A stretch of 64,000 bases of DNA from an uncultured Candidatus Saccharibacteria bacterium. Lineage in GTDB: Bacteria > Patescibacteriota > WWE3 > UBA101185 > UBA10185. Positions 27,999 through 37,896 of this stretch are shown here, piece by piece (positions within the stretch are counted from its first letter, which is position 1; each line of letters opens with the position of its first letter). The stretch covers positions 127,286-191,285 of the forward strand of contig CAYLVW010000002.1 in assembly GCA_964387275.1 (NCBI GenBank). The letters are read 5' to 3'. A program made the translations under genes and the position numbers. Under the pieces are notes generated by a model that was not told the DNA's origin, did not search any database, and saw only the letters and a list, made by a program, of their open reading frames with translations.

Positions 27999-28577
27999 AT
28001 GTCTAAAACAAAATCACAAATGAATTTATTGCCTGTAGCTTTATTGATTTTACTCATAATAGGTGCGGGGTATTTATTACTTAAAGGTGAAGTTAAGTTA
28101 CCTGATTTTTTTAACACCGAGCCTCAGGTTAGGAGATTAAATGGTTTCCCCACGGTTTTATACACCTCAGAAAAATTAGAAAAGCAACGATTGGTGATAA
28201 AAACCCAAGAGGATTTACAGACATTTTTACAAACTGTAGATAAAACAGGAATTCTTCAGTTGCAAGAAAAGATCGACTTTAGCAGAGAGTATTTATTGGG
28301 TGTTTCTTCTGAAACCGTAGATTTTACAGGCTCTACTATGAAGATTAGAAAAGTCTATCAGGATAAGGAGAACAAAAAACTAATAGTAGAGTTACGTCAA
28401 ACCCTAAACGATGAGGAATGTCCTGATATTGAAAAGGACCCAAACATAGCCGTTGATGTTGTTGCAATAAACAAAACAGATTGGGATATTGAATTTGAGC
28501 TTGTTAAAGATAAAAAAACTTGTGAGAAAGATGATAACTCCTCTGAAAGTTCTTCCAGCACAGACACAGGCAATTAA
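27999..28577 (+). CDS. Hypothetical membrane-anchored protein (weak PrcB C-terminal-like)
   Basis: N-terminal TM; IDFSREYLLGV motif. Confidence 0.7.
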   Translation: MSKTKSQMNLLPVALLILLIIGAGYLLLKGEVKLPDFFNTEPQVRRLNGFPTVLYTSEKLEKQRLVIKTQEDLQTFLQTVDKTGILQLQEKIDFSREYLLGVSSETVDFTGSTMKIRKVYQDKENKKLIVELRQTLNDEECPDIEKDPNIAVDVVAINKTDWDIEFELVKDKKTCEKDDNSSESSSSTDTGN

Positions 28578-28592
28578 GTTTGTTAAACTGCC

Positions 28593-29573
28593 ATGCTTAA
28601 TAAAAAACTATTTTTAAACCAAGAGTTTTTTTCAGACAGGTGTGAGCTTTTACCTATCAGAGAAGGTTTTGGTTTGGGGTTGCTAGATGCTGGAGATGAC
28701 AAAAGAGTGGTTGCTGTATCAGCAGATTTATCTGAATCTGTTAAGGTAGATGGCTTTGCTAAAAAAAATCCTGAAAGGTATGTTGAGGTGGGTGTAGCAG
28801 AGCAGAATATGGCAGGTATTGGAGCAGGTCTTGCTTTGGGTGGAAAAATTCCTTTTATTACCTCATTTGGTGTGTTTAACCCTATGCGCAACCTTGATCA
28901 AATTCGAGTGTCTGTTTGTTATTCGAATCTAAATGTAAAGATTTTGGGTTCTCACGCTGGTTTTTCAAATGGTAGAGACGGGGCTACTCATCAAGCGTTA
29001 GAGGATGTGGCTATTACACGGGTTTTGCCTAATATGTCTGTTGTATGCCCTTGCGATGCATTGCAAATGAGAAAACTTATTCCTATTGTGAGAGACCACT
29101 TTGGGCCTGTTTATATAAGGTCTTTTAGAGAGCCGACAAAAGTTGTTACTACAGATAAGACTCCTTTGAGGTTTGGTAAAGGGCAGATTTTTATTGAAGG
29201 CACCGATATAACTTTAATATCATCCGGACCTATAATTACCAATGTACTGGATGCGGCTAAGGTATTACAAAGCAAACATAATATAAATGTTGAAGTTATA
29301 AATATTCACACGATAAAACCAATAGATTCTGAATTGATTACCGAATCTGTTAAGAAAACAGGTAGATGTATTGTGGTTGAGGAGCATCAAGTTTCTGGTG
29401 GGTTGGGTGGTTTGGTTTGTGAGGTGTTAGCACCTTTTGGTAAGTATCCTGTGGAGATAGTGGGGGTTTTAGATAGTTTTGGTGAATCAGGTTCATATGA
29501 AGAACTGTTGGATAAATATGGCCTTAGTACAAACACTATTATTGAAAAAGTATTGAAATTTCATCAAATCTGA
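28593..29573 (+). CDS. Transketolase, C-terminal subunit
   Basis: GVAEQNM, DGATHQALED, GPVYIR, EEHQ..GGLG. Confidence 0.95.
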   Translation: MLNKKLFLNQEFFSDRCELLPIREGFGLGLLDAGDDKRVVAVSADLSESVKVDGFAKKNPERYVEVGVAEQNMAGIGAGLALGGKIPFITSFGVFNPMRNLDQIRVSVCYSNLNVKILGSHAGFSNGRDGATHQALEDVAITRVLPNMSVVCPCDALQMRKLIPIVRDHFGPVYIRSFREPTKVVTTDKTPLRFGKGQIFIEGTDITLISSGPIITNVLDAAKVLQSKHNINVEVINIHTIKPIDSELITESVKKTGRCIVVEEHQVSGGLGGLVCEVLAPFGKYPVEIVGVLDSFGESGSYEELLDKYGLSTNTIIEKVLKFHQI

Positions 29574-29585
29574 TAATATTTAAAT

Positions 29586-29840
29586 ATGATGGAAGAACTT
29601 ACAAGATATCAACAAGTTGACCAGATTCTTAACTCTTTTGCACTAACACCAGTTATTGAATTTGCTGCTATAGCTTTTTTAGTAATTATTACTTACCTTG
29701 CAGTACATAATATGAGCTCTCATTGGCACAACCTGGTTAAGTTTACTATTGCTATTCTTTTTGGGACCATGGGTTACGTTGTTGGGAAGTTTTGTTTAAT
29801 CATTATTCTTGTAAGCCCTTTATTGACTTTGTACAACTAA
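29586..29840 (+). CDS. Small membrane protein
   Basis: 84 aa, two TM segments. Confidence 0.65.
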   Translation: MMEELTRYQQVDQILNSFALTPVIEFAAIAFLVIITYLAVHNMSSHWHNLVKFTIAILFGTMGYVVGKFCLIIILVSPLLTLYN

Positions 29841-29857
29841 AATCTTCATAATGATTC

Positions 29858-30832
29858 ATGCCCCAATTTGATTTGTTTTGTATAGGTGATAGTGCAATTG
29901 ACCAATTTTTACGAATCGATCCTTTGAGCTTAGAAAGCTCCACAGGGAGATTTTGTTTTACTCACGGGGCAAAAATACCGGTAGATTCCTTTTCTACCTC
30001 TATTGCAGGAAACGCTATTAATGTTTCTGTGCACGCTTCTTTTTTAGGAATGAAGGTAGGTGTGTATACAGTTGTTGGTAAGGATCCTAATGGTGAGAGG
30101 ATAAAAACAGAACTGTCTGCTAGAAATATTGATGTGGGTTTAATAGATATTATGCCAGGGGCCAATACAAATGTGCACGCGGTTATATCTGCTAATGAGG
30201 AGAGAACTATTTTTTCTTATCACGAGAAGCGGGATTACAATGTTAGTATATGGCCAAAAACAAAGTGGTTATTTTATTCATCTTTAGCGAAAGGTTTTGA
30301 GGTTTTTCAAGAAAAAATTGTATCTCATATTAAGGACAATCCTGATGTGGGTGTAATATTTAATCCTGGTACTTTGCAGATGCAGGCTGGGGTTTCAAGA
30401 CTTACCAATGTTTTATCAGTAACGCATGTTCTATTTGTTAATGAAAATGAAGCAATGAAATTGGTTGAGGCAGATATAGCCGGATTTAGTCTAAGTAATG
30501 AGTATCTCTTGGATTTGCATAAGAAATTAAACAATCTAGGTCCAAAAGTCTCTGTTATTACCTTGGGTTTGTATGGGGCTTCTTGCTACGATGGTAAAGA
30601 CTTTATTAGGATGAAAGCTTTTGATGATACTAGACCTGTTGTTGATAAGACAGGGGCCGGTGATGCCTTTACAGGGGCGTTTATTGCAGGAATGTACCAC
30701 AATAAATCTCTAAAGGAATGTATGAAGTGGGGCAGTATTAATTCCTCGGAGACAATTCGTGTTGTTGGTTCCATTAATGGCACTTGTAACCTTAATACCC
30801 TAGAAACTTTATCCAAGAGTATAGAGTTTTAG
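29858..30832 (+). CDS. PfkB-family carbohydrate kinase
   Basis: AGNAIN, VGKD..G, NENEA, DKTGAGDAF. Confidence 0.93.
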   Translation: MPQFDLFCIGDSAIDQFLRIDPLSLESSTGRFCFTHGAKIPVDSFSTSIAGNAINVSVHASFLGMKVGVYTVVGKDPNGERIKTELSARNIDVGLIDIMPGANTNVHAVISANEERTIFSYHEKRDYNVSIWPKTKWLFYSSLAKGFEVFQEKIVSHIKDNPDVGVIFNPGTLQMQAGVSRLTNVLSVTHVLFVNENEAMKLVEADIAGFSLSNEYLLDLHKKLNNLGPKVSVITLGLYGASCYDGKDFIRMKAFDDTRPVVDKTGAGDAFTGAFIAGMYHNKSLKECMKWGSINSSETIRVVGSINGTCNLNTLETLSKSIEF

Positions 30833-30834
30833 TT

Positions 30835-31347
30835 ATGAAGTACTTTATTGTTTTTGCAACACTAATAACATTGTTTTTTACAAAAACTGTTTACTCCCAA
30901 GAATACTACTGTGAAGTGAGAGGTCGGGTTATGATGAAGACCTTTGCAAGCCTAGATAACAGGGTAGTAGATGAAATAAATTTGCGTGTAATAGAATCAA
31001 AAAAGGCTAATGTTTTGGGCATAGTTTCAGAGGAAGTCTTATGTAAGGAGGGTTTCAATCAAGGGCAGGTTGTAGTAGTAGCTTATCCAAAAAGAGAATT
31101 GGATATTTCTTCTGGAGATATTGTAACTGCTGTTGTTAGATCCAGTAGTTACGGAGGTACATTCGGTCTCTACAAAGAGAGTGATGGTATTAAAGTAGTA
31201 GAAGATATAGGAAAAACCAATATTGATATATTAAGTTTAACCCAAGACGCTTTATTCTTGTTCTCTTCGTTTGTAGAATTTAGTTTTGAAAAAATCGCAG
31301 ATACTATAATTGCTGCTGAAATTGTTATTTTGAGTCTAAAGAAGTAA
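30835..31347 (+). CDS. Hypothetical secreted protein
   Basis: Signal-peptide-like N-terminus. Confidence 0.65.
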   Translation: MKYFIVFATLITLFFTKTVYSQEYYCEVRGRVMMKTFASLDNRVVDEINLRVIESKKANVLGIVSEEVLCKEGFNQGQVVVVAYPKRELDISSGDIVTAVVRSSSYGGTFGLYKESDGIKVVEDIGKTNIDILSLTQDALFLFSSFVEFSFEKIADTIIAAEIVILSLKK

Positions 31348-32194
31348 TTTTATCCAAGCAAGTTTTACGCACAGCTTTTTCTAATTCGGAAATTTTTTCT
31401 GCTAAGTATTCTAATTCTTCAAGGGTGATTTCGTAATCGTGTCTATATCTCGCATCAACATACGCTCTAACTAATTTATCAAAAACAACTCTATCTTCTT
31501 GAGACTTTACTCTGAAGATATTTTCTAAGCCTTTTATTTCTTGAATTACTAAAGATCTTAGCTTTTCTAAGTTGTGGGTTTTTGGTTTGTAGCCTGTAAA
31601 TACCAGCAAAGTAGCAACATACAGTGTTTCTGCAACTTGATGTAGATGAAAAGCCGCATTACTAAATTCTTTATCTTCAATGTTATGGTTGAAATCTTTT
31701 AAAAAGCTTTGCGATTTTTTGAACCAGAAATCAAAATCTCTTTTAGCATTTGCAGAAACCTCGGAAGCTGTGAGCTTTTTTGGCTCTGTTAACTTGTACT
31801 CGCCTGAGTCATATAACAAAAGTCCTTCGTTTTTTATATCAATATAGAAATAGTTTCCTTCCTTGAGCTTTTCATTTACAAAGTGGATAGTGTCTATTAC
31901 CAAACTGACCGGAGTTTTTATAGTTAGGGAGGTTTTAATTTTTTGCTCTATATCGTTCCACAGACCAAAATTCTTACTAATTTTTTCTCCTTTAACTACA
32001 ACTAATATATCGTAATCACTAATGTATTCATAAGTAATGTGACCTTCTTTGTACCTGTCAGAAACCCAATCACCTCTAGCATAGCTGCCGAAAAGTAATA
32101 TCAGTCCTACATCTGCAGAATCTCTAATTATATTAGTTATAAGCTTTAGTTCATCTTGTTTTTCTTTTGGCAAATATATGAGTTCTGTTTTCAT
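31325..32194 (-). CDS. Minimal nucleotidyltransferase-HEPN fusion protein
   Basis: LFGSYARGD...SDYDILV (MNT); AAFHLHQ..E, KPKTHNL and YVDARY (HEPN). Confidence 0.9.
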   Translation of the reverse strand: MKTELIYLPKEKQDELKLITNIIRDSADVGLILLFGSYARGDWVSDRYKEGHITYEYISDYDILVVVKGEKISKNFGLWNDIEQKIKTSLTIKTPVSLVIDTIHFVNEKLKEGNYFYIDIKNEGLLLYDSGEYKLTEPKKLTASEVSANAKRDFDFWFKKSQSFLKDFNHNIEDKEFSNAAFHLHQVAETLYVATLLVFTGYKPKTHNLEKLRSLVIQEIKGLENIFRVKSQEDRVVFDKLVRAYVDARYRHDYEITLEELEYLAEKISELEKAVRKTCLDKITSLDSK

Positions 32195-32357
32195 ATGAGG
32201 TTAGTGTAGCATAGGGATGTTTTGATTTGGAGGGCGGGGAGTCTACGTCAATATCTTATAGGGTGTCTGTTGTAACTACTTTATATACCCAACCAATTGT
32301 TTGGGAAGTCTCATTATGTTGATAAGCACAACGGTTTTATTTGGCTCATAAAATTGT

Positions 32358-32389
32358 CCCCAACCGTAGAGAGTTCTCAATGGTTGGGG
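32358..32389. terminator. Hairpin after the 32399-32695 gene
   Basis: CCCCAACCGT.GAGA..TCTC.ATGGTTGGGG. Confidence 0.55.
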
Positions 32390-32398
32390 TTTATGAAA

Positions 32399-32695
32399 CT
32401 ATATTTGCGTAACCAAGAAGGTATTTTTTAGATGTACTTCTAGTTGGTGCATGTCTCCATTAAATTGTATTACTTCTCTCCATCTTCCAGGGCTTGTGTT
32501 AATTAAAGTTTCTGGAACACCATCTTTAATAATCTTTTGCGTGTTTGCATTATCACAAAGTACAAATGTAACTCCATACACCGCATCATAGTAAGCCGCA
32601 ATAATAGATCCTTCAGGTCTATCGGTTCTTAGCATTTTTTCCCAACATCTATAAAAATCAGTACCGACATACAGATTGATTGTTGGTTTACTCAT
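32399..32695 (-). CDS. Hypothetical protein
   Basis: 98 aa, GGAGAG SD. Confidence 0.75.
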   Translation of the reverse strand: MSKPTINLYVGTDFYRCWEKMLRTDRPEGSIIAAYYDAVYGVTFVLCDNANTQKIIKDGVPETLINTSPGRWREVIQFNGDMHQLEVHLKNTFLVTQI

Positions 32696-32762
32696 TTCTC
32701 CTCCATTTTTCCTGATAATTTATAGCAAAAATAAATCAATTTGCCTATCTTAGAAAATACCT

Positions 32763-33554
32763 TTGACTATTTTAAATGATGGAACTACTATTAATAGTTC
32801 ATATAGCTACTTAGAAAGGACACTTGTGTTATCTGCTCAGATTGAAGTAAATCAAAGTGAAACTGGTAAAAATCTAACTGCTCTTGCCTACGCAAAAAGT
32901 ATAGGTTTTTCTATGCTAGAAAAATTACCAAAATCTACAGGATTGTCTCAGACTTTGAATTATCTGGGTGAGATTGGGTCAGAACTATTTCATAGAGCAA
33001 GGAGATTGGGTGAGACTTTCAATTTTTCTTTTGAAACCCTATCTAGAGATCCTCAGATCCAACTATTTAAACAAAACGAACAAACTCTTCTAGACTATTT
33101 ATCTAGGGAGGTATTAGATCCTTGTAATAAAGATGAAATATCACGTCGTCTCAAGGGTGTTATAGAAAACTACCTACCATTAGATACTAGGGAACATGGG
33201 TTATCTAGAGAAGCTTATAGAAGTTTTATATGGCCAACATTTTGTACAAGAATGGCTGCTATTGCTGGGGTTGGTGTTTATGTTGCTGTTGAAGCTGGTA
33301 GTATTGAAAGAGGTGTTAGTTTTGTCCGTGAGCAGCTGCCTGGGTTGAGTTTTGATACCCTTGGGTTACTTGGCACCCCCTGGCTGTCTTATGGTGAGTT
33401 GGGTCCTAACCTTTTGTCACACTCTTTTTTGCAAAATTCTCCAAGCGGTGAAAACGCTTCTCATAATAAAGAACTTTCAAATATGCGGAGTTATTTGGAG
33501 TCATTGGGGGTATTGGAACCCGATTACTCTATAAAATATGCAGTACGTGGTTAG
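32763..33554 (+). CDS. Hypothetical protein (true start may be GTG 32826)
   Basis: Long ORF, no recognised motif. Confidence 0.7.
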   Translation: MTILNDGTTINSSYSYLERTLVLSAQIEVNQSETGKNLTALAYAKSIGFSMLEKLPKSTGLSQTLNYLGEIGSELFHRARRLGETFNFSFETLSRDPQIQLFKQNEQTLLDYLSREVLDPCNKDEISRRLKGVIENYLPLDTREHGLSREAYRSFIWPTFCTRMAAIAGVGVYVAVEAGSIERGVSFVREQLPGLSFDTLGLLGTPWLSYGELGPNLLSHSFLQNSPSGENASHNKELSNMRSYLESLGVLEPDYSIKYAVRG

Positions 33555-33915
33555 ATTACAGAAAATTATTAATATGTGTTTAGAGTTAAGTTCTTTATCT
33601 AAGGAAGAAAAAGCCGATCTATGTTACGAGTTGCATAACCATATATTATCCTCAGCTATATTCTCCTTAGAAAGCAGCTTGAGTTCTACAGAGCGGGAAG
33701 AGCTCGCCATCTTACTGTCGTCTGATATTTCACCAGAATCCATGGTATCAAAATTGAACGCTTTGTTTAGCAAATCTATAGCTTCAGAAAAACTGTTAGG
33801 TACATTGATACTAGAATATGAAAAGGCTGCTAAAGACTTACTATCTGTTACTTACAAAATACTGCCTTTAAAGGCCCAAGACGAAGTTTCCCATTTGGTT
33901 GAGAGTTGGTTTTGA
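33538..33915 (+). CDS. Hypothetical helical protein
   Basis: 125-aa ORF overlapping the preceding gene. Confidence 0.65.
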   Translation: MQYVVRLQKIINMCLELSSLSKEEKADLCYELHNHILSSAIFSLESSLSSTEREELAILLSSDISPESMVSKLNALFSKSIASEKLLGTLILEYEKAAKDLLSVTYKILPLKAQDEVSHLVESWF

Positions 33916-33946
33916 TAAGCACTCTGTTTATGTGTATATTATCTTT

Positions 33947-35056
33947 ATGCCCATAAAAACTAAAAAAATATTGAATTCTGAACTTAGTAAGTCCTTAGTT
34001 TTATATTCGATTCATATACCCATATTACTTTTATTATTAGCATTCGTTGGATCTTTTACGCTTGCTCAATATTCTTCAGAAGACTCACTGGTTGGTCAGG
34101 TTTTAGGTAAAGATAGTGATGATAACGACGACGAAGAAGATAAAGATGAAGATGAAGACAGGGATAGAGAAGACTCTGATGATAATGAAGACGAAAAGGA
34201 CTCTGATGAGGATCGTGGTTCCAATAGCAACTCAGGGTCTGGTAGTTCGAGTAATTCCTCAGTCAAACCCGCAGTTAAAAATAATGAAGTAAAAACAGAG
34301 GAAAGGGTGGAGAATACAGATGGAACGTACTCTATTATTGAGACTAAAGAGAAAGATGGTGAGGCAGAGGTTGAGATAATAACATATAACCAGAATGGAG
34401 ATAAATTACGAGTTGAGAAATATGAGAATAAAGAAGGAGAAGAAGAAGCCCGGGTTTCTGTTTATGATGGATTAGGCAATAAGATTAGTGATTTTAGATT
34501 AGAAACTGAAGATGGTAAGGAGCTTGAGCTAAGGCTTAAAGAAGGGGAGACTGAGCTATCGAGAGTGAGATTTGATGTTGAAAAACAAGAGCTTTTAGTA
34601 AAAACTAAGGAGTCCAGTGGTTCTGATGGTTCAAATAGTAGTAGTGATTTAAGAATAAGGTTATTAGGAAACGACTTTGTTTTAACTAGGTCTGGTATTA
34701 ACGCTCTTTCTAGATTTCCCCTTGTTGTAGATGATGCAACCGGAGAGATTGTTGTTCAAACCCCTGTTGGAGAAGTTAAGCTGGGCGCTATGCCAGATTC
34801 TATAGTTGAGAAAGCAAAGGCATCTAGTGGTGTTGATGATGTTTTAGATCTTGAACTCCAAACAACCTCGGAATCTACCTCTAGTTCGTCCTCATCTTTA
34901 GAGTTTAAACTAACTGGCACAAAAACTGAGAAACTTTTAGGATTGTTTAATTTACAAATACCTACGACACTAATATATGATGCTAATACAGGCGGGTTTA
35001 TTCGTTCAGAGGAACCAACCTTTGTAACCAAGATATTGGACTTGTTTAGTTTCTAA
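33947..35056 (+). CDS. Membrane-anchored protein with acidic D/E and Ser-rich low-complexity tracts
   Basis: TM, then GQVLG, a DDNDDEEDKDED tract and C-terminal KLLGLF...ILDLFSF. Confidence 0.8.
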   Translation: MPIKTKKILNSELSKSLVLYSIHIPILLLLLAFVGSFTLAQYSSEDSLVGQVLGKDSDDNDDEEDKDEDEDRDREDSDDNEDEKDSDEDRGSNSNSGSGSSSNSSVKPAVKNNEVKTEERVENTDGTYSIIETKEKDGEAEVEIITYNQNGDKLRVEKYENKEGEEEARVSVYDGLGNKISDFRLETEDGKELELRLKEGETELSRVRFDVEKQELLVKTKESSGSDGSNSSSDLRIRLLGNDFVLTRSGINALSRFPLVVDDATGEIVVQTPVGEVKLGAMPDSIVEKAKASSGVDDVLDLELQTTSESTSSSSSSLEFKLTGTKTEKLLGLFNLQIPTTLIYDANTGGFIRSEEPTFVTKILDLFSF

Positions 35057-35062
35057 ATAAAA

Positions 35063-35093
35063 GTGCCTGTAGGGCAAGATACCTTACAGGCAC
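35063..35093. terminator. Bidirectional terminator between convergent genes
   Basis: GTGCCTGTAGGG...CCTTACAGGCAC 12-bp stem. Confidence 0.7.
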
Positions 35094-35100
35094 ATAGTGT

Positions 35101-35346
35101 TTATATTCCTCGACCTCTTCTTAGCATCATAACAATAACCAAAACAACAAGTACAATTACTCCAATTATAGTTGCAGGACCTGTAATCATAGATAAACTT
35201 CCCAGAAAATTACTCAACATACTCTGAAAGTTAACTCTCATAAGATTAGGGCCAAGTAAGCTTAATACTACAACCACAGAAATCAAAATAAGGACCAATA
35301 TGAGGATATATTCTAATAGACCCTGACCTCTTTCTCTTTTGTTCAC
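35101..35346 (-). CDS. Flp/type IVc pilin-like protein with an extra C-terminal TM
   Basis: ERG|QGLLEYILIL prepilin motif (G at -1, E at +5, Y at +6). Confidence 0.75.
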   Translation of the reverse strand: MNKRERGQGLLEYILILVLILISVVVVLSLLGPNLMRVNFQSMLSNFLGSLSMITGPATIIGVIVLVVLVIVMMLRRGRGI

Positions 35347-35552
35347 GCTTGACCAATACCCCGGTTACTATTAGCAGGTCGCAACTTATAGTAGACGGGT
35401 TTATTTTCTTGCAGAACACGCCCTGTAACAATGTAAATCACATTCTTTATTTGAATTTCGTCTCGTTCTACAGGCTCTACCGGAAGATTAATCATACCTT
35501 TCTCTATGGTATCTCCGTAGGCATCCACAATAATATATCCAAATTTTGTCAT
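35343..35552 (-). CDS. Hypothetical protein
   Basis: 69 aa, AAGGAG SD, TTGACT-18-TATAAA promoter. Confidence 0.75.
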   Translation of the reverse strand: MTKFGYIIVDAYGDTIEKGMINLPVEPVERDEIQIKNVIYIVTGRVLQENKPVYYKLRPANSNRGIGQA

Positions 35553-35621
35553 ATTTTCTCCTTGAGAGGTTTATACACCAAAAGATCTTCAGAAGTCAAC
35601 CTATAGGATTTGATATGAAAA

Positions 35622-35656
35622 TGCCGATTGAGAAACTTAAAGTTTTCCAATCGGCA
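35622..35656 (-). terminator. Intrinsic terminator
   Basis: TGCCGATTG...CAATCGGCA followed by TTTT on the minus strand. Confidence 0.7.
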
Positions 35657-35665
35657 GGCTTTTGC

Positions 35666-35923
35666 CTAACGCTCTCTAATACTAATCCCAACCCAAAGCA
35701 GGAAAAACAAAAGAATAAAGTTTCTGGTCATCCCGGCAAGCCAGTACCCATTAGCCACTTCCCAAGACAAATAGTGTTGGGTAGTGAAGAAGTTAACCCA
35801 GGTAAATTGAGCAGTAGCAACCCATGGATTAAACAACAGATCAACGTAAGCTGCTACTGTTGCTAAGATACTAACGAGGACAGATACTATTAAAGCTTTA
35901 ATTGCATTGGATTTGATTCCCAT
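35666..35923 (-). CDS. Small membrane protein
   Basis: 85 aa, two TM segments, own TTGCGT-17-TATCAT promoter. Confidence 0.7.
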   Translation of the reverse strand: MGIKSNAIKALIVSVLVSILATVAAYVDLLFNPWVATAQFTWVNFFTTQHYLSWEVANGYWLAGMTRNFILLFFLLWVGISIRER

Positions 35924-36009
35924 CTTTTACAGCCTCTTTCTCCAGGTTTTGTTTCCTTTTGGGCGTATGATACGAGCTTTTTTGTTGTTACGCAATCTAG
36001 GAGATATTA

Positions 36010-36558
36010 CTATACTAAGAGTATTCCACGAAATCCTCGCGCAGCATAATAGGAGGATGCTCCATTGTGGTATACAAAAATACTGTTGTATCTACGATCT
36101 GCAAACAAAGCCCCTCCGAGATCTCTTATAGTTTTAGGAGTGGCTATCCAACTTGATGTTTTAGTGTCAAACTCTCCTAGTGTCTGCAGATGTCTGTATT
36201 GAGACTCTGTAAGAATCTCAATACCTATTGTGCCTGCTACTTCCAGGGCGCTGCCTGAAGGTTTTGCTTCTTTTCTGTCGTCTAGTGATTTTTGGTCGTA
36301 ACATAAGCTTCTTCTACCACTAGGGCTTTCAGAAGAGCAATCACAGTAGATAAACTTCTTTTTTTCTTGATCCCAACCTATCACATCTGGTTCACCTCCA
36401 GTTTCTTCCATTTTTATTAATATTTCTATAGAGTGTTTATTACCCTCTAAGGCCTTAAGTATGTCTAGCCATTTTATACTTTTGTGCCTGTCTACATTTT
36501 TTTCAAAACGTTTTTGTAGTATCTCTATTTGTTTTTCTATCTGTGATTTATTAAGCAT
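36010..36558 (-). CDS. DUF4256-family protein
   Basis: RFEKN..RH, METGGEPDV, DCSSESPSGRRSLCYD, YHNGASSYYAARGFRG. Confidence 0.88.
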   Translation of the reverse strand: MLNKSQIEKQIEILQKRFEKNVDRHKSIKWLDILKALEGNKHSIEILIKMEETGGEPDVIGWDQEKKKFIYCDCSSESPSGRRSLCYDQKSLDDRKEAKPSGSALEVAGTIGIEILTESQYRHLQTLGEFDTKTSSWIATPKTIRDLGGALFADRRYNSIFVYHNGASSYYAARGFRGILLV

Positions 36559-36596
36559 ACGGAGATTATATAAGATTTATTACCAAATAAAAAAAA

Positions 36597-36646
36597 TCTC
36601 ACAGTAGTTTCAGGAAGTTTTGACTTCTCAGAACCTGACTGTGAGA
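36597..36646 (-). terminator. Long hairpin terminator
   Basis: TCTCACAGT...ACTGTGAGA followed by a T-run on the minus strand. Confidence 0.65.
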
Positions 36647-36656
36647 ACCATATTTT

Positions 36657-37031
36657 TTACGACGCCATTTGTTTCATAAGATTAAGAAGAAAATGAGCGG
36701 CTACAACCCCCGCAATTACGCCAAACGGTGTTAGCATTACCGTAATTATCGAAATACTGATAAAATCGATAAAGCTATAATTTTTCGTATAAGCCTCCAT
36801 AAACGCCGGATCCTCTCTACGCAGTAATTGTTCAACCCTATCTTCTTCCACTCTATCGTCAAGATCCACCTTAGCAAATACCCTTGCTCGCAGTAACTGG
36901 TATTTATTACTCATGTTGGCCCAGAAATAGTATCTATAGATTGGAACTAAAGTTAGACCTACAGTCCAAGCCATAAGAAATCCCAAAAAAGCCATAAGAG
37001 CATAGATAATAGTTTCAATATGTTCGATCAT
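36657..37031 (-). CDS. Hypothetical 2-TM protein
   Basis: AGGGAG SD, two TM segments. Confidence 0.75.
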   Translation of the reverse strand: MIEHIETIIYALMAFLGFLMAWTVGLTLVPIYRYYFWANMSNKYQLLRARVFAKVDLDDRVEEDRVEQLLRREDPAFMEAYTKNYSFIDFISISIITVMLTPFGVIAGVVAAHFLLNLMKQMAS

Positions 37032-37049
37032 CTCTTTCTCCCTGTTTTT

Positions 37050-37451
37050 CTAAGCTTTTTTGTATAGCATTGTCACTGCTACATGGTATCCTGCAGCAGT
37101 AGCTTTTCTTTCACGTTTTAGATCATCAGCATCCTCAGGAGATTTAATAATCTCAAAAGCCACCACTTGACTTAATAGCTCTTCAGGTATTTGGGCAATT
37201 ACTTCTGCTATTGATGGCTTAAAGAGGCCATAGAAGCCGAATGTGTGGTACGTAGTTATAGATTGTAGCTCAGCAATTCCCTCAACAGCTTCATTAGTAG
37301 CTGTTGGGTCCCATATATATGAGACATTTCTAGGATCCACAGATCTAATATAGCGTTTTCCTAGGTCTGGAAAGGTTACAATAGGTCTGATTCTAGCGCA
37401 TAGATCAGCCAACTTCCTATTTGAGATAGCAGGAATCCAACTTTTTCCCAT
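37050..37451 (-). CDS. Hypothetical protein
   Basis: AGGAGGAGG SD; HTFGFYGLFKPSIAEV motif. Confidence 0.8.
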   Translation of the reverse strand: MGKSWIPAISNRKLADLCARIRPIVTFPDLGKRYIRSVDPRNVSYIWDPTATNEAVEGIAELQSITTYHTFGFYGLFKPSIAEVIAQIPEELLSQVVAFEIIKSPEDADDLKRERKATAAGYHVAVTMLYKKA

Positions 37452-37590
37452 CTTGTTCCTCCTCCTAAAGACTTGCTATAGGACTATATAGTATTTACGC
37501 TGTAAATTCAACCTGCCTCAGAAAAGTACCTATTGCGTTCGGCTGGGTGCGTTTTAGTACTATATTTGTGACTATTGTTCTGTAGTGGCT

Positions 37591-37896
37591 TTATATTAAA
37601 CCGGTAAAAAGTAAAATAAGTGCACACAGTGTGACTATTGCAAATACACCTACAGTTCTTCCGAAAAGACTAAGAGCCTCTTTCTTTTTGCCCTCAATAA
37701 ATAATTGAAGCGGTTGATAGAAGAACAAAAAAGCCATAACCGATACTGAAAGGGTAAGTACTGATAAGAAAACTATTGGAGCGAAAAAGGTGTCTGGTTT
37801 GTTTCTAAGTGGTGCTGTAGCAAAGCTCATTGTTGAGACAACGAGAACTATGTAAGCCGAGGCGGAGACAGCATTTATTATAGGGTTTTTAGACAT
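37591..37896 (-). CDS. Small 3-TM membrane protein
   Basis: Start reassigned to ATG 37896 (TGnTACAAT 6 nt upstream). Confidence 0.8.
   Translation of the reverse strand: MSKNPIINAVSASAYIVLVVSTMSFATAPLRNKPDTFFAPIVFLSVLTLSVSVMAFLFFYQPLQLFIEGKKKEALSLFGRTVGVFAIVTLCALILLFTGLI

Noticed and set aside
32342-32347. Second TGGCTC as an alternative left att
   Set aside because: Shorter match and no tRNA-type terminator in the right place; likely chance.
34114-34260. Nucleotide repeat array in the acidic protein
   Set aside because: Low-complexity Asp/Glu/Ser codons, not a DNA repeat element.
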